A stretch of 64,000 nt of DNA from Antedon mediterranea (taxonomy: Eukaryota; Animalia; Echinodermata). Below are positions 52,001 through 64,000 of the stretch, one piece after another. The translations under genes and the position numbers were made by a program. The notes under the pieces are model-generated. The model made no database searches. It had not been told where the DNA came from and saw only the letters and a program-made list of their open reading frames with translations. The stretch's first letter is position 1, and every line of letters begins with the position of its first letter. Where the stretch lies: NCBI RefSeq assembly GCF_964355755.1, contig NC_092676.1, positions 7,355,888 through 7,419,887 on the forward strand, given 5' to 3'.

Positions 52001-55000
52001 TGCTACAAACATTATCTAGTACACCACCACAAAGTGATAACACCTTTCTTTTAACTGACAGTGTTATGTTATCACCAACATTTTCTGAGTTTTCCAGCTC
52101 AACATTGCTACCAACAATCTCTGAGACACCACCAATAATATTTAGTAGCATTGTTTCAGAAAGGTCAAGCACTAATGATGTTAAAGCTACAGCTACTCAA
52201 ATTGACTTCAGCAATCTACCATTACTATCAACATTCTCTGAGACACCAGTAATATTTAGTAGCAGTCTTTCAGAAAGTTTAGGCTCAAACAATGTCAATG
52301 TTACGGCTACTCAAATTGGCTTCAGTGAACTTCTTTTACTGTCAACAGTTTCTGAGACACCACCAATAATATTTAGTAGCAGTCTTTCAGAAAGTTTAAG
52401 CTCAAACAATGTCAATGCTACGGCTACACAAATTGGCTTCAGTGATCCTTTACTATCAACACCAATTATTGAAAGTTTTTCTGTAAGTGAAGTCTTTCTT
52501 GTGGAACCCACTACATCTGAACTATCTAAATATCTGGAGGAGACATTCATAGTGTGTACAACTATTTATCCATCAACAGTTATGAAATCATCAGAATATT
52601 CTGCTTTTACATCTGAAATGAAGGTGCCATCATCCGATCAATCTTCCATGACTTCAACTGTCAAAGAATTGATGACCTTGGAACCATCAACTTTCTCAAT
52701 CTCTGATTTTTCTGAAGTAATTACACCATCACCTCCTGGAGCTTCAAATTCTTTAACCAAATCCTCTGATATGTCATTACTAGAATCGGAGCTCATTATA
52801 GAGACTGTATCATTCACTACTTCTAACCCAACAGGTGCCATCTTCTCGTCAGAAACATTAGAGACATCGGTAATATCTACTCTATTAGTAATTACAGACA
52901 TTGATGTCATGTCCAGCACCTCTGGATTAGATGCTACATTTTTATTTTCTGATTCATCTTCATTAATGGGTTCTGTGGAGTTGCCAAGTAGTTCAGCAAC
53001 TCCAAATATGCTGACAACGTTTCTACTGTCTGCCTCACCATCTTCATCAAGATTACCAGAGCAGTCATCCAGTTCATCTTCTGTAGTATTTCCAAGTTCA
53101 TCCAGCTCAGCTCCTACAAGTAGCAGATCACTAGTGACACCAGTTGGTACAACAAAGAAGAGCTATGTCACATTGGACACATCCTTTGGTACTAAACCAG
53201 CATGGCTTCAACTTGGTATGTACCTTTTTCAATATATTCATGATGATACCTTGATTTTGGTTTTCAGTTTATCTTGTAAAAACAATACAAAGCAATAGCA
53301 AGCACATCAGATGTATGTATATAATGTACTGTTACTTTAGATTTTAACGCATTAACAACATGGAGTCATTTTTTTTCAATTTTTCTCCAAATTCATGTTA
53401 TCTAAAGTAGTAATATTATCAATATTGTTATATTAATGTTTTAAAAATTAGTGTCTAGTAATATATTAACTTTATGAACTAAGAACTAAAAGAAAATATA
53501 TATACATTTCATACAGATATGTTTTCTTAAATTATGTTTTTTCAAGACTTAATGGCTTGCCATGTCTAACGACATTGTGATAAATTACTCAACTCGTTTG
53601 AAATTTAAAAGCTCTGCGTTCCTTGCTGAACTCAAGTTTCACATTACGGTTTATGTATCTGTTTCCATACAGACTCTCAGCTTGCATTTCTAGTTGCTTT
53701 AGGTCAACAGCCTAAAAGTGTTTTTCGTCCTTAATAGCCGAATCCTACTTAAGTAGTGTGAGTTATTGCTGTGTATGTTCTACTTGTGGAAATGTAGTCA
53801 AACAACAAACATTAGTATTCCTGAACATTCCGAAAATGGTTTTATTCTGTCTATTTATACTTGCTATTGATACTTTTACTTTACTATTTATCATAAGTAA
53901 TAAATGGATTCCTCCTTGTCCATTTACACTTGGTTGAAATGTTTGATAATTAGTTTTCTTGTTAAAGTAACTTGATGTTTAAATGTTGCATACAATAACT
54001 CAAAGCATAGCATTACAATGTCTCCATTAGACATCATAATATCTCGTTTATGGTACCAACTGCCCCTAGCATTAATTCACTTTGTATAGCGTTATTTGAT
54101 ACAATAAAGTCCTACTATTTCTTAAATATTGTAAAATTTGATTTTACTTTTAATTACCGGTTGTAGTACAATGTTATAGGCTCCATAGTACTGTGTACTA
54201 TTAAAGTACTACGGCATATGACTGAGTATGCTCCAATGCTCAAACATACCTTATTACTCAATTTAAGATAAATTGGGAGAGAAAAGATTTTGATGAATAC
54301 ATAGTTAATTCAATCCGAGTGTAATTCCACCAATATTGTGTATCCAGGATATGATATTTCTTTTCGTACATAAGTTGGGGAACCCCTAAATGAAACACCA
54401 CAAAATTCATTAGTCATCCATAAGGTGTGACGTAAGAATTGACATGAATACAATTCGCTAATGCAAATGTTTAGCCGAATAAATTAGACTATGGACTTAC
54501 AGTAGCATGTTGATGTATGGGGTTCGATTCCCATGAGCAACTTATTTACTTTAATAGTGTGAAAGAGAGAGATTATTGAGTGTAGGATTTTGTTATATAT
54601 TTAGAAAGTATTTTGGCTTTTTTTCACATAAAAAGTCCCCAACTTATGTACGAAAAAAAAATCGCATCCAGGCCCCAATCGGTCACATACAGTATATATA
54701 CATAATATAATAATATAAATATAATAATTATATACATTAATTAATGTAAAATCCTGTTTTATTGTTTTGGATAGAATTTGAAGTCCCAGTTTCTGTTGAC
54801 ATAAAATCACTGGACTTTATATCGGAGATTGAGCGCAGACTTGCCTCAGCATATATTCAGGCTCGAAGCGAAGAATTAGGATCACGGAGACGCAGAGCAG
54901 TTACAGTTGAAGACGTCACTACACAGGTTTTTACTATATTTGAATTTGTTTTTTCAGAAGCAATGTACCAATCTCGTTTTTAATCATAAAATCTTAATTT

Positions 55001-58000
55001 TGTAGCAAAAGCTCATTCACAAACAATATGTGTTCTTCTAAGAGGCCATACAAGAGAAGTCGGCCTATTTACAAAAATAATGATCAAAATAATTATCACT
55101 ATACTGTCCAATTAACAATTAGGAAAACATCTAGATTAACAAAGTTGAAGGCTAAAGCTCTGTCTACACTTTCAAACTAGTTTGACAAAAAAATGTGCCC
55201 AAATATGGTAGTGATATACACAAATATGGTAGTGATATTACATCATCATGTCCAACAGTATATGGGCACATTTTTGTCACATAAAGTTTGATAGTGTAGA
55301 CAGAGATTTAAATAATTCCTTGATTAAAGCTGAAATAGCTTAACCAGACCACCATAGGATTGTAACATTTCTAGAAATGTTTTTGGATAAAGCAAATAGA
55401 TTGTTTCTGGACTCCTAAAGCCCTTGATCATTTTGATAATGATTCCCAAATAGGTTAACATTTATGACCTGATTCAAAATCTAAAGGTTGCAAGTATGAC
55501 TTTAGTAGGAAATTAATCAAACAAATTCATTTTTGTTTCAACCTTTCCATACGTTTAGATTTTTACAATTTGTGTGAATTCCTTCGCCGAAACCGAACTA
55601 GTATAATATCTGAGACTTGTGTGATAATATGCTAAATCAATATCATATCCATAAATGACAGGTGACGTTTATTGATTTTTACATAAGCGGCACCAAAGGA
55701 ATGAGCATAAATAAACATTTGACATATTGTTATTGCTTGACATAATTGAGTCATCTAATTTAAATTCTCTGCATTCCATCAGGCGGATTAAATTACATTG
55801 ATAATTTTGAAATACTTGTTAAAACAAATTAATTAGTGAGATAACTTGATTGCTTCTTTGTAAATGTTCTTTCCCTGTTTTGTTAAATGATTTCAGAATT
55901 TACTTTCCTATCCTTTACTGTTTCAAATTCAGTTATATTTCTTCATTATTGCTGGGAAGAATTTCTCTCTTTGTATCAAATTGCAATTATTTATCATATT
56001 CTATGCATTCTATCATGCGTGTTGAATATTTCATGATAGGAATATTAAGTTAATAACTAACAATTCCTGAGAGCTGCTGCTTATTCAATACGAGAATAGA
56101 CTATCAAATATTTATTTTCTTTTAAACTGAACATTTAAGATTCTGCTCAGAAGTTTTTTCCCCTAAAAGAAAACTATATAAAAATTAATATTTGTCTAAT
56201 ATGAAAATGTTTTGTTCTTAATTTATTATTGAAGAGGAAGTAATCATAAAAATGCAGAATAATAAAATCATATTTTGAATAGGCCATTTTGTAGTTTTAT
56301 TAAAGTTAATCACTTCCGCAGAAAAAAAAAAACGAGTTAAATTCAACAAAACCCATATCGGCTGGCAGTCAATTTGATTATTATTTACTTTAAATTACAG
56401 TTTCTTCAGGTACATAATTTTTTTTCAATCCAATTTTTGGTAAAAGTGAATAACTTTTATGGAACATCAAAATAGCTTATTCAATTCAAAAATATGAAAA
56501 AAAATTGTTTCATGTGGACAATATACAGTATCTTTAAATTCGATTTACAGAAACTCTTATCTTCAAGACCCAACCGAGTGTCCCCTTCATAGGGTGTTTT
56601 CTGAACAGGGAATGGCATACAGGATTTCCCTCTTGTTCATTTCAGAGGAAATTTTCTCCTCAATAGTGCTTCCCAAAGAAGGTGTAATTTCTAGTCTTTT
56701 CAAAATGTTAATTCATTTATTTTTCAGCAAATTGATATCAGTAGGGATGATGCTAATCCTGAGTTATTATCCGTTGTGTATTACATCGTAGAAGGAGGTG
56801 AACGCATTCCAGCGTCACAGTCTGCTGCCACCATGCAGTTCCTATCCAGTGAAGCGCTATCAATCACCCTTGGTTACCCCGTCGAAACACATGTGGTTGG
56901 TAAGATATAACAAACGTTTACTCAAGAAAACCTTTCAAAACTTCGAAAAATAACCCTACCTGTAGCAAAGATTTGAACCAGGACCCTTGGATTCATCAGA
57001 CACTTTTCAATTACCAAGCTACTGTTTGACTACATTTATAACAATTACTAGAAATTGCAATTAAAATTGATTAAATCGACAGTTTTAAAGAATTTCTCAC
57101 ATGTTTTTTTTGTTTTAGTGTATGATGAGTCTTCCAGCAATAGGAGTATTATATGGATTGTAGCTGTTATATGTGGTGTTCTAGCGTTCATATTCCTGGT
57201 ATGTTGTTGCTTTTGCTGGTGTTGTAGGCCTAGACCTCGGGATGGAAACTTTGACCCAGAGACACTGAAATTTCTACAGTTCAAGCAAAAGGTACTTTGA
57301 CTGTATTTCTGATTATTATAATTGTGTCATGCTGTTTCGTGTATGAGTTGGATGAATCAGTTGGGCTGGCATTTTTTCGAGTTTGGGGGTGGGGCCTTTA
57401 AGATGGCTGATAATTTCAACATGTACTATCCTGTACTATCTTTTATTCTGAGGAAGGGTGGAACTTTAGTGAGATTTAAAAAAATGCAAAATCGGCAAGT
57501 GAGCCTTGAACCCTTGCCGATGTTATGGCTACATAATTACGATTCAACTGTCTTAACCACTCTGCCACTCACTCGCTAAAATTTAATGTAATTTCTGTAT
57601 ATTTGTTGATGAAAAATGAAATATAAAACATTGTTTTTTATTTTTTAGTATCCATATCATTCGTATGCTGCGAGCAAGAGAAGACAGGGAGCAATGCCGC
57701 CAACAGGTCTTGATAATTCACATAGTCACGTCTTGGAGGACGACAAATCGGTAAAAACCTCAGACTACCACACAGATGAAGATGATAGTGGTCGTGTCAA
57801 AGAAAACAAGAGACACCTTACAGTCCCACCGAGGATGCTACCGCGAGCAACGACAATAATCTCTCGACAGGATGATGTCGTTTCAGAGTTGGATAGTTTG
57901 GTGTCTTCGACCGAAGAGGAACTGAGAATGAGTTCTTCCGTCTCCTCTCAGGTACAGCTACATCCAAAATTGAGCAAGAATGAACAAATGAAAGATCCAA

Positions 58001-61000
58001 AGAGAGCGATGTTTTCGCACGTGTCGGAACATCAAATGCAAAGCAAACCAAAGAAGTCGCAAAGAACAATTGAAGAAGCAAAGAAGCAGAAAAGTAAGTG
58101 TTTTTAGGTAACTTTTAACAAATTCATAAGGTCAAAGTTTATTTAGAATCCGTTAAAACTAACCACGTTGGCTATTAAAAATTGTAATCCGTACATTACT
58201 TGGGTTATCACATGACCTTCATAATTTATAACATCATGGTCAAATTTTGTTAAAACGAAATGTAAACTAGATTTAATTCATCACTATGACGAATTATAGG
58301 TTATATGCATTGATTTAAATAAAGATAATTGATTGATTTAAGATATATTGATTGATTGATTTTCTCAGAATCATTAGTTATTTATAATATATGACAGGAT
58401 CTTGCTAACGCAAATACAATAGCCGGTATCATAATCCGATCAAAGATCTTTCTGCGTATATAATGTCATAAACCACATTTGTGTTTTTATTTAGATTTCA
58501 TTATAAATCATGTGTATAATCTATACACTAAGAAATATAATTGAACAACCAATACGGATAATAAAAAAAATCTTATTTCGTTTGGTTTCCCAAGGTGAGA
58601 CTCGAACTCGGTACTTGACTGCTATAGACACTAGCAAAGACCACCGAGCCATACACAACTGACTAAAAGTTATGGAAATATTCCTCCGTGTATTTACTAT
58701 GCAGTAACCACTTTGGTGCAGATAGATTATTACATACCGCAATGAATTATAATGTTTTACTATGATGACATCTTTAAAAATTTAAAAAAATGATGCACTG
58801 TCAAACTATATACTTTTAACTTTAATATATGAACTTCTTAAGGAAGAAAGTTAATGTTAAGTTTGTTATTTTGGCCTAAGAAAATGTTATAATTTGTTTG
58901 ATTGTCGAAATTAATTTTGTTAAATTTAATATGCCATTAATGATGACTTAATCAACTTTTGTTCTTCTAATTTCATAATAAATCATACATATGATACATA
59001 CACTTCAAGAAAATTAAATAAAAAATAGGTGTTCCCGAGCATTCTAACGATATATATTAATTTTAAAATTTAGCATATTTTCACCATTTTGTTAACTTAC
59101 ACGTGCGTAGCCTGTCACTTTTGACGTGCTCGTATAACGCTGTTTGGCGTTGAAAAGTGAATAAAATATGATGATATTATTAAAGAAAGGTTATACAACA
59201 GTAATCGGACAAAAACAGTGCAATAATCTGCGCACTCATGGCAATTTTTTAAACGCTTAAAATTGCCTGAAACGTACTCTAATTTCATAGAAAATAAATT
59301 CTGACAATTTTGAACATTTTAAGCGCGCGTACGCATGCGTTATATGCGCTACGCACGTAATTGTATTGCCATATGATGAAATATGACCTGAAATTTATGA
59401 GTACCAAATTTTGTTTAATTGTGATTCATGCTTGTGAAGATATGATTACAAACGTGATTTCGTTAAATCGCGCGTAGACGGCGTAATTTTTGATTGCGCA
59501 TCGTGAAAACATAACCACATCGATTCCTGGCCATAAGGAATATACTCTGAAAAATTGACTTAGTTAGATGAAACTGATATCAAGATAATTGATGGACAAA
59601 TAGTGCTAAGGAAAGAATAAATAAATAAATAAAGAAATAAATAAAGATTCTGACAGAATCAAGAGGTTATATGCATGAATGCATGCATATAACCTAAAAA
59701 GTGCGAACAATCGTCAAATTTTCCGATGGCATTAGGTAAAGTTACCATATGAAATTTACCATTTTTCAAGTCCAGTGCGAACAAGGCTTTGGTTGGCCAA
59801 ATTTTCCAATTCCAGGGACTCTTTGCTGGGTCGTGAATGTGTAATAATTAATTCTGAAAACATTATGTTTACTTTAGATGGAGAGGCTGAATGGAGACAA
59901 GCACAGGCTGAGATAAGTGCTATCCTAGAACCAGAAGTTGTTAAAACACAGGCTTTAACTACATTTGTGGCACCTCATAAGCGAAAGTAAGTAATATAAT
60001 AACAGTTTGAACATAGGACTAAGTGCTCCTCCACGTCAAACCACCTTTCAGTCATTTAGCCCGCCCTCTCTCTAGTCCGACCACAACAAAGTCTGAAGCA
60101 TCTCACCTGACAGAACTTGACACAACGAATTAAGATATTTTTTCTTTCTATACTTTAAGGAAAAAAATTAAAGACAAAAAGAAAAAACAGAAATCGTCTC
60201 ATGCATCATCATCAATTGATGAAACTGAAATTGAAGAAGATGGAATTTACAACTCGCTACCAGATGTACATTATGCTAGGCCACTAGCGTCAGAGGTAGT
60301 ATTTACTTTTTGGCTTCAAATGAATAAATTCTTCCATTTTGTTACACCAGCATTGATCTCCGAAAGCTAGGCTTAAGAAATCTGTCTAGACTTTTAATAC
60401 TATTGTTCATTTTACTAAAAACCTAGATCATTTTTTTTTGTTTATTTAGAATGAAAACACGCAATCACTCGGCCAGACCAGGAAGCGTATGCACGCACTT
60501 CTAGATGAAGCCTTTTCTCTAGTAAACCTTCCACCGGCTGGAAGGAATGCAGTACGCCCTCTACAGTCTACTGCTCATCATTCAAGCATGAAAGACCTTA
60601 AGGTACTATTGAAGAATTTTGCCAAACTTCTTTAACATTTTTATATGACTATTTTATTTCTAACTAATTTTTTTTTTTACAAAATAATCAGAAACCTTCA
60701 AAATCAAGAGAACGAAGACGCCAACGATTGTCATCAACTGAGACACATGAAACGTACACTGGAAGTGAAACGTAAGTTATGCAATATTAAATTTAGTATC
60801 TTTGGTGACTATTTGACTGTCAAGCCGGTGGTGAATGAGTTGGAATTGCATATAGATGACTTAATCCTAGACTCTAATCGGTTGAATACAGGTACCACTT
60901 GTAACAGGCAAGCCAGCCTGTGTAAATGAAAAATTAAATTTATTTTCTATGAAGAAAGCATTATGTAAAGATTATGATTTCTTATGATTATGATTTCTTA

Positions 61001-63655
61001 TGATTAATGATTTCTTATGATTATGATTTCTTATGATTATGATTTCTTATGATTAGAACTTCTTATGATTAGAACTTCTTATGATTATGACTTCTGATGA
61101 TTATGATTTCTTATGATTATTATAAATTTCAGGGATGATTCAGTGTTTAAAAGTCGCCACCCATTTGTAAAACATCAAAAAAGTGCTCCTGTTGGGTTTC
61201 CGCCAAAAGGTAGGCTTCAAGTTTCTTTAGAGATTCCAAATTCCAAAACAGCTACTTTTTAGTTAATTTTCTTTGATAAATCAAATCAAAAAGGTGAATT
61301 CATATAAATGAATAACAATAATATTGAACTTATCCCGACAATAAAAAAAAAAAATTAAGTTCGATGTCATTTTATAAGCATTTTTGAATGATTATATTTT
61401 AGTAGCTATATTGGTCTTAATTGGTCAGATTTTTGCCCTACTCTGTAAGTTGTAGGGCAAACATTTACCAATTACAAAACTCCCTGACACAAAGCTACTC
61501 CACAGTAATTAAATACAATTATCCTTTATCGGTCTTGTGATTCATACACATCCAACAGCTTGTAACTCGCCAATACAGGATGGGTAAACTATTTTATAAT
61601 TTATCATGCTTATAAACTAAGTCTCATTTTAGGCTTAGGGAGTGGATTTCAAAGAGTCGCGAGTTACAACCCTGGCACTAGGTCAGGATTGAACATGGGA
61701 CATTGGAATTGGAAGGCAATCAGGTTAACCACCAAGCTACAACTCCACTCTCCAATTTACTACAACCTCAAAAACAACGACTGGAAAGTTAACCTTTTAA
61801 TAAATTTATACTCAATTTATTTTATCATTTTCGTTAGATGAATTCACACAAACTAAGACAGATCCAGGGAAGGTTGTGATAGTGCCCATAACAAAGCTAG
61901 GTGATGACACTGGTGGTCTGGTTTGGAGTATCTATGATGCAGAGGATGAAGTGTCACGACTCACACCTACTATGGAACCTGTTAGTACAGTTCATTTGCT
62001 TCTTTTTTTAATTGTTAATCTCCATTATGTAACCATTGATCTCTGCATGTGCCCTGCATGTGTGTAATTTAATAATAATAATTCAACATTTATTAATTTC
62101 TATCAATAAACAATACAATAAAAAAAATGGTATATATAATCTATATATATATATATATAAACACAAGAGGTAAAGAACATTAATTCTAAACCGCCCGGTG
62201 ATATACTGAAATTTAATTAATTAATTTGAAACGATAAAGATGAGGAAATCTGTGAGAATGAGAAAAAGTCGCCCCAACCGAGACTCGAACTCGGACCGCC
62301 TGCTTGATATGCAGATGTCCTAACCATTAGACCACTGGGGCTTTCATGGTATTGTTCGAACTCGATTGGATAACGACTCTTTAACATTCTCGGCGTGGTA
62401 CGGCGGAACAGCACTAGTCCTCAGTTGTACGCACGCGCAACAGAGATCATATTGATACGCCCTCATCTTTCAGTATTTTTATTCACGAGGCGGGATCTCC
62501 GAAGAGATACTTTTATATATATAAACACAAGAGGCAAAGAACATTAATTCTATATATATATATATATATAAATCCAAAGGCAAATTACTGAAAAAAATGA
62601 CAATGCTGTGGGTATCAGTGGCTGGATCTCAATGGAGATACAAAAATAAAAAGCGAAAAGCTAAATCAAAACGATAAAGTAAACAGCCAGAAAAGTTAGC
62701 AGAGCTAGCCCTTCATCAGTGCAATTGAAGGAATTTGGATAACGTCATAGCAGGGAGTTGTTATTCTGCCTGGTATATATATATATATAATAATGAAACA
62801 ATACAACAATACCATTAATAGAGGATCTTGCAAGAAGAAAATTTCTTGTCACGCAAGACCCATAAACGAAAAGACTTATAATACAGTAGTATCATGAATC
62901 ATGAAGCAAGTATCTACATGGCATAGAATGTACATGAATAGTAGTACAAATTAGACTTATGCCTTTTCATGTGCTAGATTAGGCTTTATAAAACTGTAGT
63001 AACTCCACTAATAAATCCCTACAGTAATAGTAACCAACCTTAAAAACAAAAGAATACTAACCCATGGTAACTATTAGAAGCTTTATGGCTCTGGTCCTGA
63101 CAAATATTTGAACAGATTTTTTGATACTTTACGTTTATAACTTTCTTCTTATTTCTGTAGGCAACCATACCAGGAGGGCTGGACCCCTCCCCTCCCGTAA
63201 CAATCAGATCTCCAACAGGCGCTCTACTGACGCTACCACAACTTTCAATGCTCCCAGAATCTGAACTCACAACAAGAAATGGACCGCCGGTTCCATTAAA
63301 ACAGTTTAAAAAGACGAAGTCACCGACATACGACGAGGCAGAGACTTCGTTTCAACAGTCATACAATCCTAGGCCATACAGAGACAGACTAGAATATAGG
63401 CCAGTGTCACTCCAAGGTTCAGCGGCATATGGTTTGCCAACTAAAGAGAAACGGCCTGCAATAGACATGCTGGCCTCTCTGGAAAAAGAAAAACGAATCG
63501 GTAAACCAGTAGATGACAGTTTTGATGAGTTGAACGTTACCGCAATAATCAAAGGAGCAGATACGCCACAACCACTGATGAAAGTCATCAAAGAAGAGCT
63601 GGAACGACTCGCTAAACTGCGCCCTCACACATATGAGGAAGAAGATATGCTTTAG
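49032..63655 (+). CDS. KIAA1549L: UPF0606 KIAA1549/KIAA1549L-family single-pass membrane protein with large Ser/Thr-rich mucin-like ectodomain, 13 coding exons, ~1957 aa
   Basis: Exons 49032-49140 (signal-peptide-like), 49586-53215 (3.6 kb S/T-rich), 54775-54926 (RRRR furin-like site), 56728-56899 (LGYPV), 57119-57291 (TM + CCCFCWCC), 57649-58093, 59878-59986, 60160-60295, 60450-60602 (TRKRMHALLDEAFSLV, family motif cf. MHSLLDDAFALV), 60692-60771, 61133-61209, 61838-61980, 63161-63655; sum 5874 nt in frame. Probably co-orthologous to both vertebrate paralogues, so the symbol is approximate. Confidence 0.8.
55156..55307. mobile_element. MITE family A copy
   Basis: TIRs and family core. Confidence 0.78.
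58266..59696 (-). mobile_element. Related non-autonomous Helentron-like element
   Basis: ACTAG + hairpin AATTCATCA/TGACGAATT + GGTTATATGCA; distal palindrome AGGTTATATGCATG/CATGCATATAACCT; internal similarity to 8251-10676. Confidence 0.7.
60970..61120. repeat. 16-bp minisatellite ATTATGATTTCTTATG, ~9 copies
   Basis: Tandem period ending next to the acceptor at 61132. Confidence 0.9.
62270..62341 (-). tRNA. tRNA-Asp-like cloverleaf with ATC anticodon, probably pseudo-tRNA or TE-borne
   Basis: Acceptor GCCCCAG/TTGGGGC, D arm GTC/GAC, anticodon stem TCTGC/GCAGG with loop ATATCAA, T arm CCGAG-TTCGAGT-CTCGG, followed by TTTTT. Confidence 0.5.
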
Positions 63656-64000
63656 ATTTTAAATATAGTGAAAGGTATAAAATCATTAATTTCTAAAGTA
63701 TCTGGTTTTCTGAAAAACGGTAAGGTAAACGGTAAAAGGTAACCATTTGGACCAATAAAGTAAGAACAATAAGTATTATTAATATAGTAATTAAATATAT
63801 TTAATATCTTGTAATTTCTTCCAGTTTTAAACTATCAGAACTTTTTAAAATATATTTAGATAGAAATAATTGGTGCTTTTAATTTATAAATGAAACTTCT
63901 TCCAAATCTTCCACACTCCTTTCCCCTATAAAAATATATTATAAATAAATTAATTAAGTATAATTGTTTCTAAATAAATAAGATAATTTATACAGTAATA

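Noticed and set aside
49575-52919. Several minus-strand ORFs over the mucin exon
   Set aside because: Antisense shadows of a compositionally biased coding exon.

Overview
Eukaryotic, AT-rich, intron-rich genomic DNA from an invertebrate metazoan (a deuterostome such as an echinoderm is my inference, not shown). It holds four spliced protein-coding genes whose exons I traced by hand and checked for frame: the 3' part of CTR9 (+, PAF1 complex), a complete NAT10 (+, ~1023 aa RNA cytidine acetyltransferase), a compact harmonin/USH1C (-, ~445 aa, NTD + 3 PDZ + C-terminal TFF) and a KIAA1549/KIAA1549L-family (UPF0606) transmembrane mucin-like gene (+, ~1957 aa) head-to-head with USH1C. Introns are full of non-autonomous DNA transposons (Harbinger-, Kolobok-, Mutator-, Tc1- and Helentron-like), tRNA-derived SINEs, a LINE fragment, Penelope-type hammerhead remnants and minisatellites. 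Main points: a U12 AT-AC intron plus two GC-AG introns in NAT10; a 4x69 bp duplication giving CTR9 four identical in-frame splice donors; candidate structured sense-strand RNAs in NAT10 introns; a nested Helentron pair; a MITE inserted inside a splice donor; and all four human homologues lie on 11p. No prokaryotic system or CRISPR array is present. TE family names rest on terminal structure only, with no database search.
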